From: Thermoanaerobaculia bacterium
GTDB lineage: Bacteria > Acidobacteriota > Thermoanaerobaculia > Multivoradales > Multivoraceae
Direction of reading: 5' to 3'
Assembly: GCA_963664405.1 (NCBI GenBank)
Contig: OY761158.1
Coordinates: forward strand, 1,312,001-1,376,000
Length of the DNA: 64,000 nucleotides
The notes beneath the pieces were generated by a model. That model ran no database searches and was not told the DNA's origin. It saw nothing but the letters and a program-made list of their open reading frames with translations. The position numbers and the translations under genes are program-made. Of this stretch, positions 18,620 through 28,442 are shown one piece after another. Each line of letters starts with the position of its first letter. Position 1 is the stretch's first letter.

Positions 18620-21600
18620 TTACCAAGTGTCTACACAGGGCCGCTTCTTTCCAGACCGAGGCCCCGGTCTCGGCGCGGCCTTCAGCGCCGTCGTGATCCA
18701 CTGCCTGGAGTCCTTGGGGTCGATCACGTCGTCGAGCTCGAAGTGCGAAGCCATGTTGACGGCCTTGCCATTCTCGTACATCTGCTCGACCCGTAGCTCA
18801 TATTCCGCCTTACGCTCTTCCGGATCTTCGATCGCGGCGAGCTCTTTGCGATAGCCGAGCTTGACCGCCCCCTCGAGGCCCATGCCGCCGAACTCACCGG
18901 TCGGCCAGGTCACGGTGAAAAGAGGCGCCTTGAAACTGCCGCCCGCCATCGCCTGGGCTCCAAGGCCATAGCCCTTGCGCAGAACGATAGTGAAAAACGG
19001 CACAGTCATACTGGCGCCAACCACGAACATCCGCCCGGCGTGGCGCACCAGGGCCTCTTTCTCGATCTCCGGACCGACCATGATCCCCGGACAATCGCAG
19101 AGCATGAGCACGGGGATATCGAAGGCGTCGCAGAGCTGCATGAAGCGCGCTCCTTTGTCGGCGCCATCGGAATCGATGGCGCCGGAGAGGTGCGCCGGAT
19201 TGTTGGCGACGACTCCGACCGGGCGGCCTTCGATACGGATGAGAGAGGTGATGATGCCGTGACCCCATTGCTCCCTGAGCTCGAGCACCGAGTCGTTGTC
19301 TGCCATGGTCTCGATGACTTTGCGCACGTCGTAGACGCGGAGTCGATTCTCCGGGATGCAGCTGCGTAACAACCGCTGGTCGGGGCACTCCCAGTCTTCG
19401 AGGCGGCCCTGGAAGTAGGACAGGTACTTCTTCGCCACCTGACAGGCCTCTTGTTCATCTCTGACCAGGATGTCGACGACCCCATTGGGGACCTGGACAT
19501 CCATCGGGCCCACTTCTTCCGGCTTGAAGATACCGAGCCCGCCTCCTTCGATCATCGCGGGGCCGCCGATGCCGATGTTCGAGCCCTCGGTGGCGATGAT
19601 GACATCGCACATCGACAGTAAGACCGCGTTGCCGGCAAAGCAGCGGCCGTTGGTGACGCCCACCATCGGCACCAGACCCGAAAGACGAGCGAAGTAGGTG
19701 AAGGCCAGACAATCGAGGCCGGCTACGCCGGAGCCGTCAGTATCCCCGGGGCGACCTCCACCACCTTCGGCGAAGAGCACGACCGGTAGCTGCCAATCCT
19801 TGGCGATCTCGAACATCCGATCCTTCTTCGCATGGTTCTTCATGCCCTGTGTGCCGGCAAGCACCATGTAGTCGTAGGACATGAACATGCACTGCGGATC
19901 GTCGTCGAAAAGATCGCCGTTGACGGTGCCGATGCCGCACACGATGCCGTCTCCCGGCGTATTGGCAATGAGATCCTCCATGTCGCGACGGCGCCGCTGC
20001 GCAGCAATGACGACGGGACCGTATTCGACGAAGGTGCCCTCGTCGACGATGTCGGCGAGGTTCTCCCGAGCGGTGCGGTGACCGCGACCGTGGCGTCTGG
20101 CAACCGCGGCGTCGCGACGGTGATCGAGCCCCGCCTCGTGCCGATCGATCGCCTCGGCGAGATCAGGCCGCACATGGTCGAGGTCGACCTCGACCGCCCC
20201 ACCGTCGACTGCAATGTCGACTGTCCCTTCCTCGATCATCACCAAGGGATGGTCTTCGAATACTGCATCGCCGGAATTCACGTCGATCCGAGTCACGACC
20301 CCAGAGACCGGGGCCGCGATGACATGCTCCATCTTCATCGCATCCATCACCAACAGCTCAGCCCCTGCCGCGATCTCCTGGCCCTCCGCCACCGCAATAC
20401 TCAGGATCGTACCTTGCAGCGGCGCCCGCACCTCGGCGAATCCCTCCTGTACTTCCGAGGGCGGTGGGCTCGGCCGTTGGCCGCTCTGCGGAACATCGTC
20501 GATCTGACCGTGATCGAGAACCGCGAGCGGATCGATCGCGTCGATCTTGGCCCCCGCCAATCCACGGCCGGTGCGGGCGTCCTCGAAGAAGCGCTTCTCG
20601 TGGCTCACCTCCTCCACCAGCTCGCTGACGTTGTGGTCGACGAAGCGGGTAGAGACGTCGTTTGAACGAACGCGCGGGTCGCGCAGCAGCGCCTGCAGAA
20701 AGGGGATGTTGGTCTCGACTCCCTCTACCTTGAACTCACACAGCGCCGCGTAAGCACGATCGAGCACTTCCGCATAGGCGCCTCCGGCCGAAGAGGCGAT
20801 GACCTTCGCCAGCAGCGAGTCGAAGCTGGGGTTGGTGGTGTAGCCCACATAACCGTAGGTATCGACTCGTACCCCCGGACCGGACGGAAGCTCGAAAGCG
20901 CTGAGGGTGCCGCCCGAGGGCTTGACCATCCCATCGGCCATCATCGTTTCCATGTTCACTCGAGCTTGAACCGCGAAGCCGCGAGGGGCGGGGATCTCGT
21001 CCTGGGCCAGTCCGAGCTCGTCGAGGGTCGCTCCACCGGCCAGACGAAGCTGAGCCTTGACCAGATCTATGCCAGTCACCTCCTCCGTGACCGTGTGCTC
21101 GACCTGTAGGCGCGCGTTGGCCTCGATGAAGGCGAAGTGGTCGTCCCCGTCGACGAGGAATTCGAAGGTACCGAGACTACGGTAGTCGGAAGCGGCCGCG
21201 AGCAACACTGCCGCATCAGCGATGGCGTCGCGCACCTTTGCTGTGAGAGTGGGACTCGGCGCGATCTCGATGAGTTTCTGATTGCGCCTCTGGATCGTGC
21301 ACTCGCGCTCGAAGAGGTGACTGACGGCGCCGCTGCCGTCGCCGATGATCTGGATCTCGATGTGCCTTGCCGGCGATAGAAGCTCCTCGACGTAGAGATC
21401 GCCACTGCCGAATGCGGCCGCCGCCTCCGATCGAGCCCTCGCGTAGGCATCGTCCAGCTCGGTCGCGTCGTCGACGATCCGCATCCCACGGCCGCCGCCG
21501 CCGGCGACCGCCTTGACCACGACCGACTTGTCGGGCCGTTCCGCCATGAACGCTCTCACTTCTTCGAGCGTGCTCGCGCTGGACCTTCCGGCAACCACCG

Positions 21601-21985
21601 GAACGCCGTTCGCCTCGGCCGCCGATCGCGCTCGACCCTTGTCACCGAACAGCGACAGCGTTTCGGGCGACGGCCCAACGAAAGTCATGCCAGCCGCTTC
21701 GGCAGCCGCCGCAAGTTCTTGACTCTCCGCCAGGAATCCGTAACCCGGATGGATGCCGTCACACCCGGCAGTCTTGGCGGTGTCGATGATCGCATCAACG
21801 TCGAGGTAGGCGGCAACACCGCGACCAGGCAGCTCGACCGCCTCATCCGTTCTGCGAAGGTGTAGCGACCTCGCGTCGTCGCCGGAATAGATCGCTACGC
21901 TCGTAGTGCCGAGCTCTCGCGCCGCCCGCGCGATGCGCACTGCTATCTCGCCGCGGTTGGCGATCATTAGCCTGGTGATGGTCAT
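18620..21985 (-). CDS. Single-chain biotin-dependent acyl-CoA carboxylase (BC-BCCP-CT), copy 1
   Basis: IANRGEIA, HPGYGFL, GGGGRGM, RLQVEH; AMKM biotin site; C-terminal carboxyltransferase domain. Confidence 0.92.
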   Translation of the reverse strand: MTITRLMIANRGEIAVRIARAARELGTTSVAIYSGDDARSLHLRRTDEAVELPGRGVAAYLDVDAIIDTAKTAGCDGIHPGYGFLAESQELAAAAEAAGMTFVGPSPETLSLFGDKGRARSAAEANGVPVVAGRSSASTLEEVRAFMAERPDKSVVVKAVAGGGGRGMRIVDDATELDDAYARARSEAAAAFGSGDLYVEELLSPARHIEIQIIGDGSGAVSHLFERECTIQRRNQKLIEIAPSPTLTAKVRDAIADAAVLLAAASDYRSLGTFEFLVDGDDHFAFIEANARLQVEHTVTEEVTGIDLVKAQLRLAGGATLDELGLAQDEIPAPRGFAVQARVNMETMMADGMVKPSGGTLSAFELPSGPGVRVDTYGYVGYTTNPSFDSLLAKVIASSAGGAYAEVLDRAYAALCEFKVEGVETNIPFLQALLRDPRVRSNDVSTRFVDHNVSELVEEVSHEKRFFEDARTGRGLAGAKIDAIDPLAVLDHGQIDDVPQSGQRPSPPPSEVQEGFAEVRAPLQGTILSIAVAEGQEIAAGAELLVMDAMKMEHVIAAPVSGVVTRIDVNSGDAVFEDHPLVMIEEGTVDIAVDGGAVEVDLDHVRPDLAEAIDRHEAGLDHRRDAAVARRHGRGHRTARENLADIVDEGTFVEYGPVVIAAQRRRRDMEDLIANTPGDGIVCGIGTVNGDLFDDDPQCMFMSYDYMVLAGTQGMKNHAKKDRMFEIAKDWQLPVVLFAEGGGGRPGDTDGSGVAGLDCLAFTYFARLSGLVPMVGVTNGRCFAGNAVLLSMCDVIIATEGSNIGIGGPAMIEGGGLGIFKPEEVGPMDVQVPNGVVDILVRDEQEACQVAKKYLSYFQGRLEDWECPDQRLLRSCIPENRLRVYDVRKVIETMADNDSVLELREQWGHGIITSLIRIEGRPVGVVANNPAHLSGAIDSDGADKGARFMQLCDAFDIPVLMLCDCPGIMVGPEIEKEALVRHAGRMFVVGASMTVPFFTIVLRKGYGLGAQAMAGGSFKAPLFTVTWPTGEFGGMGLEGAVKLGYRKELAAIEDPEERKAEYELRVEQMYENGKAVNMASHFELDDVIDPKDSRQWITTALKAAPRPGPRSGKKRPCVDTW

Positions 21986-22000
21986 ACCTCGATGTTCCTC

Positions 22001-22438
22001 TTAGTGGCTCGGGCGTAACGGGTGCTGCCAGCGGAGGCTGGGAAAGCGATCGAAATCGGCGTCTGTGGTCACCAGGGTGCAGCCATGCTCGATTGCAACC
22101 GCGGCGTGCTGTGCGTCAGCGACGAGCCTGCCGGCGGCCGAGGCTTGCCGGCAGAGCTCTTCGAAGATCGAGAGATGATCCGGGCCCGGACCGACGATGC
22201 GAGCCTGAGGCCGCATCAACTCGCCAACGAAGCCCCAGGCCTGGTCGAGCGTCGAGGGGGTGCGAAACACCCTCGGATTCGTAACGATCCGAACCACACC
22301 CGCGAGAGCCAGGACCGATAGAGCGAAAGGCTCACGCCCAGTGGCTAGATCGGTCAACCATTGCGCGTACTGAGAGTGCTCGGCTGTCGAGTCCTCACGA
22401 TGAGCGTAGATCAATACATTCACGTCGGGGAGGAGCAT
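22001..22438 (-). CDS. vapC: VapC PIN-domain toxin
   Basis: LLPDVNVLIYA, DAQHAAVAIEHG, TTDADFDRF. Confidence 0.9.
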   Translation of the reverse strand: MLLPDVNVLIYAHREDSTAEHSQYAQWLTDLATGREPFALSVLALAGVVRIVTNPRVFRTPSTLDQAWGFVGELMRPQARIVGPGPDHLSIFEELCRQASAAGRLVADAQHAAVAIEHGCTLVTTDADFDRFPSLRWQHPLRPSH

Positions 22439-22701
22439 CAGCTGTCGTCGCTCCGCGATCCATGGCGCTCTTCGTCCTCGGCGACAAGCAGCGAGCGCGG
22501 CCGATCGAGATCGACTCCGGAGTAGATTCCCTCGCCACCAACCGTCACCAGCCTGAACGGGGGGGCGGGCTGTACGTCCGGGCGCTTCAAGGCGTCATCA
22601 ACGATGCGGGCGATGAACGCGCTAACGCTGACGCCCTCCTCGGCGGCTCTTCTTCGAAGGCGCTCGGCGAGTCGATCCTCGAGGGAGATCGAAGTTCTCA
22701 T
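22438..22701 (-). CDS. vapB: VapB ribbon-helix-helix antitoxin
   Basis: MRTSISLED RHH N-terminus; stop overlaps vapC start; AT-rich upstream region with TCAT repeats. Confidence 0.85.
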   Translation of the reverse strand: MRTSISLEDRLAERLRRRAAEEGVSVSAFIARIVDDALKRPDVQPAPPFRLVTVGGEGIYSGVDLDRPRSLLVAEDEERHGSRSDDS

Positions 22702-22829
22702 ACGCAGAGCGTATCACTCATGAACATTTACGTAATCATAAATCATACTTTCATAACACAAGAAGACCCGACTATCGCCTCCGGCACCATCGCCCCAAGC
22801 TCGAGCTACCGGTACACTGCGTCCACCGT

Positions 22830-24125
22830 GTGGTTCAGGGACGGCAGCAAGTGATACAGCGGAGAGAGTCAGAGCCGCCATCTCGCTTCTACTACGGCTG
22901 GGTAATGGTCGTAGCAGGGTTCCTGTATTACGGCTTCTCCCTGGCGCCGGCCTACAACAGCTGGGGGTTCTACGGCCCCGAGATGATCGCCGACCTGGGC
23001 CTGAGCAAAGCCCAGATCGGCAGCTGCTTCGGGCTCTTCGGCCTCCTCTACAGCCTTGCGGCTCCGGTCTCGGCGTTTTGCATCGGGCGCTGGGGCCTGC
23101 GACGGACGATGAGTCTCGGCTCGCTGGTGGCGGCGGCCGGGTTCTACCTCCTATCGAAAGCCGATTCGGTCTGGGACTGCTACATCGCATTCTCCTTGGT
23201 GGGTGGGATCGGAATCGGCCTCTCGTCGCAGCTGCCGTCCCAGACCATCGCTTCTCTGTGGTTTCGAAAGTACCGAGCGCGGGCGATGGCCATCATCATC
23301 GCCGGCGGCGGTGTCGTCGGCGTGGTGGTCCCCTATTTCAATCGCTGGACGTTGGAGCACGCCAGCTGGAGGGACGGCTGGGAGATCATCGCGCTGACCT
23401 CGGTGGCGGCAGGAGCGTTCGCTGCGCTGGTGATACGCGACCGGCCAGAGAGCCTAGGGCTGGAAGTTGACGGAAACGCGCGAGCGCCCCACCAACCTGC
23501 AATCGTCGAGAGAGTGGTCGAGCCGCCCCAGCAGCGACCTCGGCTGACAGCGTCTGAAGCTATCCGCACTCCCCAGTTCTTTCTCATCACCCTGGCCGCC
23601 ATCGGGGCTTCCGCACCCTGGACCGCCTTCAGCGCCCACGGTTCCATCCATCTCGAATTGATGGGCTTCGGGTTACTGGTCAGAGCCAACCTCTGGGCAC
23701 TGCGAAGCTTCACCTCCACCTGGGGCCGCTTTCTGGCCACTGTCGCCGACTTCGTGAGACCCCCGGTCGTCCTTGCGTTCGCCTTGGTGCTGCAGGGAGT
23801 CGGGATCGCCGGCCTGGCCTTCGCGGACACCCAGTTCCTCGCCTACACCTTCATGATCATTTTCACACTGGGCTTCGGCATCGCGCTGCTCTCGGTACCG
23901 TTGGTCTTCGCGCACTTCTTCGGCGCCGAGGCCTTCGCCGCCACCCAGGGGACCAGCCGCGCCATCGTAGGCTTCGCCAGATACATCTCCCCCACCCTGA
24001 CCGGCTATCTCGCCGACCGGACGGGTTCGTACCTGGTGCCTTTTCTCGGGCTGGCGTTGATTTCGGTCGGGGCCGCTGTTGTTGCGCTAATGTGCCCGGC
24101 GCCCGGAGGGGAAGTGAAGAAGTGA
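22830..24125 (+). CDS. MFS transporter (MCT/OFA-like); true start may be GTG at 22851
   Basis: FYYGWVMV, GRWGLRR motif A, WFRKYRARA; about 12 TM segments. Confidence 0.85.
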   Translation: MVQGRQQVIQRRESEPPSRFYYGWVMVVAGFLYYGFSLAPAYNSWGFYGPEMIADLGLSKAQIGSCFGLFGLLYSLAAPVSAFCIGRWGLRRTMSLGSLVAAAGFYLLSKADSVWDCYIAFSLVGGIGIGLSSQLPSQTIASLWFRKYRARAMAIIIAGGGVVGVVVPYFNRWTLEHASWRDGWEIIALTSVAAGAFAALVIRDRPESLGLEVDGNARAPHQPAIVERVVEPPQQRPRLTASEAIRTPQFFLITLAAIGASAPWTAFSAHGSIHLELMGFGLLVRANLWALRSFTSTWGRFLATVADFVRPPVVLAFALVLQGVGIAGLAFADTQFLAYTFMIIFTLGFGIALLSVPLVFAHFFGAEAFAATQGTSRAIVGFARYISPTLTGYLADRTGSYLVPFLGLALISVGAAVVALMCPAPGGEVKK

Positions 24126-24158
24126 AGAAGTGAAAGAGTGAAAGAGTGAAAGAGGAGA
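24111..24158 (+). repeat. Tandem 8-mer array (GAAGTGAA/AGAGTGAA) x6
   Basis: Read directly from the sequence; contains the MFS stop codon. Confidence 0.9.
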
Positions 24159-24285
24159 AGCTGTTTGGCAGGGTCAGATCCGCGAGACTGCCATCCACAT
24201 CTACTCGAAGCTTCCCTAGCCGATCTCTTAGTTCCTACGCCCCCGCCTAGTCCCCACTACTTCCCATCATCGCTCGTCGACTCTC

Positions 24286-24357
24286 TTTACTCTTTCACTC
24301 CCTTACTCTTTCACCCCTTCACTCTTTCACTCTCTTACTCTTTCACTCTCTCACTCC
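24286..24357 (-). repeat. Tandem 8-mer array (TTCACTCT consensus) x9, inverted relative to 24111-24158
   Basis: Read directly from the sequence; TTCACTCT is the reverse complement of AGAGTGAA. Confidence 0.9.
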
Positions 24358-24377
24358 TCCCCGCGAGCCACATACCT

Positions 24378-25865
24378 ATGCAACAAATCAATCACTTCAT
24401 CAACGCGAAACACGTCACAGGCGATTCCCCCCGCACCAGTCCGGTCTATAACCCGGCCACCGGCGAACAGACGGCGGAGCTCTCACTGGCTTCGATCGAG
24501 GAGGTCGACGCGGCGGTCGAGTCGTCTCGCAAAGCTTTCGAGTCGTGGCGGCGCACCAGCCTTGCTCGGCGGACGAAACTGATGTTTGCCTTTCGCAATC
24601 TGGTCGAGAAGAATATCGACGAGATCGCCGCGCGACTGACCGCCGAGCACGGCAAGGTTCTCGGCGACGCAGCCGGCGAGGTCGCTCGTGGGGTCGAGAA
24701 CATCGAGTACGCCTGCGGGATCGCCGAGCTCCTCAAAGGCAGCTACAGCGAGGCGGCTTCGACCGGGATCGATGTGATCTCGGTGCGGCAGCCCCTCGGC
24801 GTCGTCGCCGGCATCACCCCTTTCAACTTTCCGGCGATGGTGCCGCTGTGGATGTTGCCGAACGCAGTGGCCTGTGGCAACACCTTCGTGCTCAAGCCAT
24901 CGGAGAAGGACCCTTCGGCTCCTCTCTTGCTCGCCGAGCTCTTTACCGAGGCCGGCTTTCCAGCCGGAGTTCTCAACGTGGTCAACGGCGACAAGGTCGC
25001 GGTCGATCGATTGCTCGAGCATCCCGATGTGCAGGCAGTCAGCTTCGTCGGCTCGACCCCGATCGCTCGCTATGTGCACACGACCGCCACCGCCGCAGGC
25101 AAACGCGTGCAGGCACTCGGTGGCGCCAAGAACCACATGATCGTTCTACCCGACGCCGATATCGACCTCGCCGCCGACGCGGCTGTCTCAGCAGGTTACG
25201 GCTCCGCCGGGGAGCGCTGTATGGCCATCTCGGTGGTGGTCGCGGTCGGAGCCAGCGGAGAGCCCCTCATCGAAGCGATCCGTGACCGTGTACCCAAGCT
25301 GAAGATCGGCCCGGGAGACGACCCGAGCTCCGAGATGGGGCCGCTCATCACCCGAGAGCATCGAGAGCGTGTAGCCGCCTACGTGGGCGCGGGTGCCGAC
25401 GCCGGGGCGGAGGTCGTCGTCGATGGTCGGGAGACCAGCTTCGAGGGTAAGGGTTTCTTTCTCGGCGCTTCTCTGCTCGACCGAGTCACTCCCGAGATGT
25501 CGGTTTACACCGATGAGATCTTCGGACCCGTCCTCAGCGTCGTACGAGTCGACACCTACCCGGAGGCGATCGATCTCCTCAACGCCAACCCCTACGGCAA
25601 CGGGACCGCGCTCTTCACCCGTGACGGCGGCGCCGCGCGCCGCTTCCAGGAAGATGCCGAGGTCGGCATGGTCGGCATCAACGTGCCGATCCCGGTACCC
25701 GTCGGCTACCACTCTTTCGGCGGATGGAAAGACTCTCTCTTCGGTGACGCCCATATGTACGGTCCGGAAGGTGTCCGTTTCTACACCCGGGCCAAGACGC
25801 TCACGATTCGCTGGCCGGACCCCGCAAGCAGCAAGGTCGACCTGGGCTTTCCGCAGAACCGGTAG
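24378..25865 (+). CDS. mmsA: CoA-acylating methylmalonate-semialdehyde dehydrogenase
   Basis: ITPFNFPAMVP, FVGSTPIA, GGAKNH, AGERCMA, GINVPIPVP; the ORF-track extension upstream of 24378 is translated repeat. Confidence 0.92.
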   Translation: MQQINHFINAKHVTGDSPRTSPVYNPATGEQTAELSLASIEEVDAAVESSRKAFESWRRTSLARRTKLMFAFRNLVEKNIDEIAARLTAEHGKVLGDAAGEVARGVENIEYACGIAELLKGSYSEAASTGIDVISVRQPLGVVAGITPFNFPAMVPLWMLPNAVACGNTFVLKPSEKDPSAPLLLAELFTEAGFPAGVLNVVNGDKVAVDRLLEHPDVQAVSFVGSTPIARYVHTTATAAGKRVQALGGAKNHMIVLPDADIDLAADAAVSAGYGSAGERCMAISVVVAVGASGEPLIEAIRDRVPKLKIGPGDDPSSEMGPLITREHRERVAAYVGAGADAGAEVVVDGRETSFEGKGFFLGASLLDRVTPEMSVYTDEIFGPVLSVVRVDTYPEAIDLLNANPYGNGTALFTRDGGAARRFQEDAEVGMVGINVPIPVPVGYHSFGGWKDSLFGDAHMYGPEGVRFYTRAKTLTIRWPDPASSKVDLGFPQNR

Positions 25866-25927
25866 CCTACGGAAGTGATCGGTATCACTTCCTCCGGCTA
25901 CATCACATGGCGCCGAGGACGGCGCGC
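25863..25927 (+). repeat. Composite palindromic (REP-like) element, copy A
   Basis: GTAGCC..GGAAGTGAT-N4-ATCACTTCC..GGCTAC followed by TGGCGCCGAGGACGGCGC. Confidence 0.8.
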
Positions 25928-25937
25928 CCTCGACTCA

Positions 25938-28427
25938 TCACGGCTCCGAATCCGGCGGCTCCTTCTCTTTCACCACCCCTCGGTAGGTCGCACCGGGGGG
26001 CGGCTTCTTGGCGAGGACACCCTCGGCCTCGAGAGCATCGATCTCGCCGTCGCTCAGGCCGAGGATCTCCGCGAGCACCTCGCGATTGTGCTCGCCGAGA
26101 CAGGGAGCTCCACGGCGATAGCTGGCCGGAGTGGCACTGAAGCGGATGGGCAGACCGGGGTAGCGCCGCAGGCCTACCGAGCGATGATCGGACTCCACCC
26201 AGAAATCGCCCTCCTCCAAGTGAGGGTCCTCGACCAATCGACGGGCGTCGCTCACCGTGCCTGCGATCACTCCACGGCTCTGAAGTAGCTCCATCAGCTC
26301 GTCGGCCCGGCGGCTCGAGCACCATGACGCCAACGCCGCGTCGATCTCGTCGTGGCGCTCCCAGCGAGCGCTCAGCCCCAGGTCGAAGAGCTCAGGAGCG
26401 AGGCCAGCGGCACCGCAGAGGCTCTGCCACTCTTCATCGCTGGTCACCGAGATCGCCAGCCACTGGTCTTCCCCAGCGCAGGCGTAGCAGCCCTGGGGGG
26501 CCCGATCGCTGTGTCGATTCCCCAGCCGAGGCGCCGCCTGCCCTCGCAGCTGGGCGGCGATCATCTCCTCACCGTTGAAACAGGCCATCGACTCGAACAT
26601 CGGCACCTCGACCCAACGTCCTCTGCCCAGCCGATCGCTCTCGCGATCAGCAAGCGCAAGCAGAGTGGCGCCGACCGCGTGAAGGCTGGTGACCGGGTCG
26701 GGAAAGGCGAGACCCGATCGATAGGGCCCTGAGTCCTGATAGCCCATCTGCTGCGACAACCCGGACGCAGCCTCGATCAGTGGGCCAAAGGCAAGCCAGT
26801 CACGATAGGGCCCCGACGACCCGAAACCGGGCATCGCGACATAGATGAGCCGCTCATTCAACTCATGGAGACGCTCCCAGCCAAGACCGAGCTTGGCCAT
26901 CACCCGGGGGCTGAAGTTCTCGATCACGATGTCGGCACGACGGACGAGCGCTTCGAAGAGCTCTTTCCCTTTTGCCGTGTTGAGCTCCAGAGTGAGCGCT
27001 CGCTTGTTGCGGTTCAGCTTGTTGTAGGACACCTCACGGTTGAAAGGTTCATCGCCCGGGTCGTCCTCCGGGAAGAGGTGACTGGCGCGAGCCGCTTCGG
27101 GTATTTCGTCGCCGCCGCGCGCCCAGCTGGCCTCGACCTTGATCACGTCGGCACCGAGGTCGGCCAACATGCGAGCGGCGAGCGGCCCGGCCCAGACGCG
27201 AGTCAGATCGAGGACGCGGATTCCGTCGAGGGCTCCGGCCCCATCCCGGCCCACCGGGGTCTTTCTATGACTGCCGCTCCCCTCGGCCGACTCGGCATTG
27301 GCAGCGGCGCCGCCCACGAAACGCTCGATCTCCCGGTTCGAGTCGTCTCCCAAAGTCGGTGCCATACGAAGTCGCGAAGGATGGTCTTGGATCAGAAACG
27401 GCCCCCTGGGAAGACGTACCCCACTCCCGCCCTCTCCCAAATTGCGCCAGAAGTCGCGCGCAGCGAGGTGTGGATCGTCGATTACCTCGAGCATCGAAGG
27501 TACGGGCCCAATCGGAGATCTCACGCTCTGCCCAAGCTCGACGATCTCGGCGGCGGTGTGCTCCAGCAACCACGGCTGGATCGCCCGATCGAACTCTTTC
27601 TTATGTTGACCTCGGACAAAGTCATCCGCGAAGCGAGGATCAGCGGCGACCTCGTCCAGTCCGGCTGCTCGAAGAAAAGGCTCGATCATCGACGTGATCG
27701 GCATCGCAAGATGCACATAGCCGTCTTTGCAGGCGTAGATCCCAACCGGATGCGAGTGGCCCCCTTGCGCATTTCCCACCCGCCGCAGCACGAAATCCGC
27801 CTGGGTATACATGACCGTGGTGTATTGGTGGAGACTGGCGAGGCCCTCGAAGTGAGTGACTTCCACTGTCTGGCCACAGCCACTGCGATCCCGAGCCAGC
27901 AGCGCGGCCAGGGTGCCGGCGAAGGCGTGCGCCCCGGCCTGATAGCAAGCATGCAGACCGGGCCTCTGTAGAGGCTCGCGATGCGGTTCGCCATTGAGGT
28001 AGAGGTGGCCGCCGAGAGCTTCGTCGGTGAGCTCGTTGGAGCGATAGGCAGAGTAGGGACCGGTCAGACCGAAGGGAGAGATGTAGGCCTTGACCAGCCT
28101 CGGCCGCTCCATTTCTCGGGTGACAGGGTCAAGGGGCTCGGGGGCGGAGCTCTCGAGCACAACATCCGCCGAATCCAACAGCGTTTGGAAGTCGCCTACC
28201 CCGCGGCTCTCGCTGAGATCGATTATCGTCGCTCTCTTGCTGGTATTCAGATACGCGAAGAGCGAGCCCATGCCCTGCCAGGGCTCCCCCGCGGAGCGCA
28301 GCAGGTCCCCTCCCGGTGGCTCCACGCGAAGCACCTGGGCGCCGTAGTCGGCGTAAAGCTTGCCGGCATAGGCTCCGGCCGGCGACCCGGCCAGCTCCAG
28401 CACTCGAAGCTGGGAGAAGGCTCTCAT
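25938..28427 (-). CDS. Fused two-domain family III CoA-transferase (CaiB/BaiF)
   Basis: Two repeats (LRVLEL..GAQVLRVEP and IRVLDLTRVWAGP..GADVIKVE); NRNKR; Asp in AFPDP of the second domain. Confidence 0.9.
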   Translation of the reverse strand: MRAFSQLRVLELAGSPAGAYAGKLYADYGAQVLRVEPPGGDLLRSAGEPWQGMGSLFAYLNTSKRATIIDLSESRGVGDFQTLLDSADVVLESSAPEPLDPVTREMERPRLVKAYISPFGLTGPYSAYRSNELTDEALGGHLYLNGEPHREPLQRPGLHACYQAGAHAFAGTLAALLARDRSGCGQTVEVTHFEGLASLHQYTTVMYTQADFVLRRVGNAQGGHSHPVGIYACKDGYVHLAMPITSMIEPFLRAAGLDEVAADPRFADDFVRGQHKKEFDRAIQPWLLEHTAAEIVELGQSVRSPIGPVPSMLEVIDDPHLAARDFWRNLGEGGSGVRLPRGPFLIQDHPSRLRMAPTLGDDSNREIERFVGGAAANAESAEGSGSHRKTPVGRDGAGALDGIRVLDLTRVWAGPLAARMLADLGADVIKVEASWARGGDEIPEAARASHLFPEDDPGDEPFNREVSYNKLNRNKRALTLELNTAKGKELFEALVRRADIVIENFSPRVMAKLGLGWERLHELNERLIYVAMPGFGSSGPYRDWLAFGPLIEAASGLSQQMGYQDSGPYRSGLAFPDPVTSLHAVGATLLALADRESDRLGRGRWVEVPMFESMACFNGEEMIAAQLRGQAAPRLGNRHSDRAPQGCYACAGEDQWLAISVTSDEEWQSLCGAAGLAPELFDLGLSARWERHDEIDAALASWCSSRRADELMELLQSRGVIAGTVSDARRLVEDPHLEEGDFWVESDHRSVGLRRYPGLPIRFSATPASYRRGAPCLGEHNREVLAEILGLSDGEIDALEAEGVLAKKPPPGATYRGVVKEKEPPDSEP

Positions 28428-28442
28428 GATTCGCGAGATTCG

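Noticed and set aside
22001-22701. vapBC as a marker of a larger mobile element
   Set aside because: No integrase, transposase or att-like flanks seen; looks like an ordinary stand-alone TA pair
24165-24377. N-terminal extension of MmsA in the ORF track
   Set aside because: Translation of the 8-mer repeat region; family similarity begins at ATG 24378
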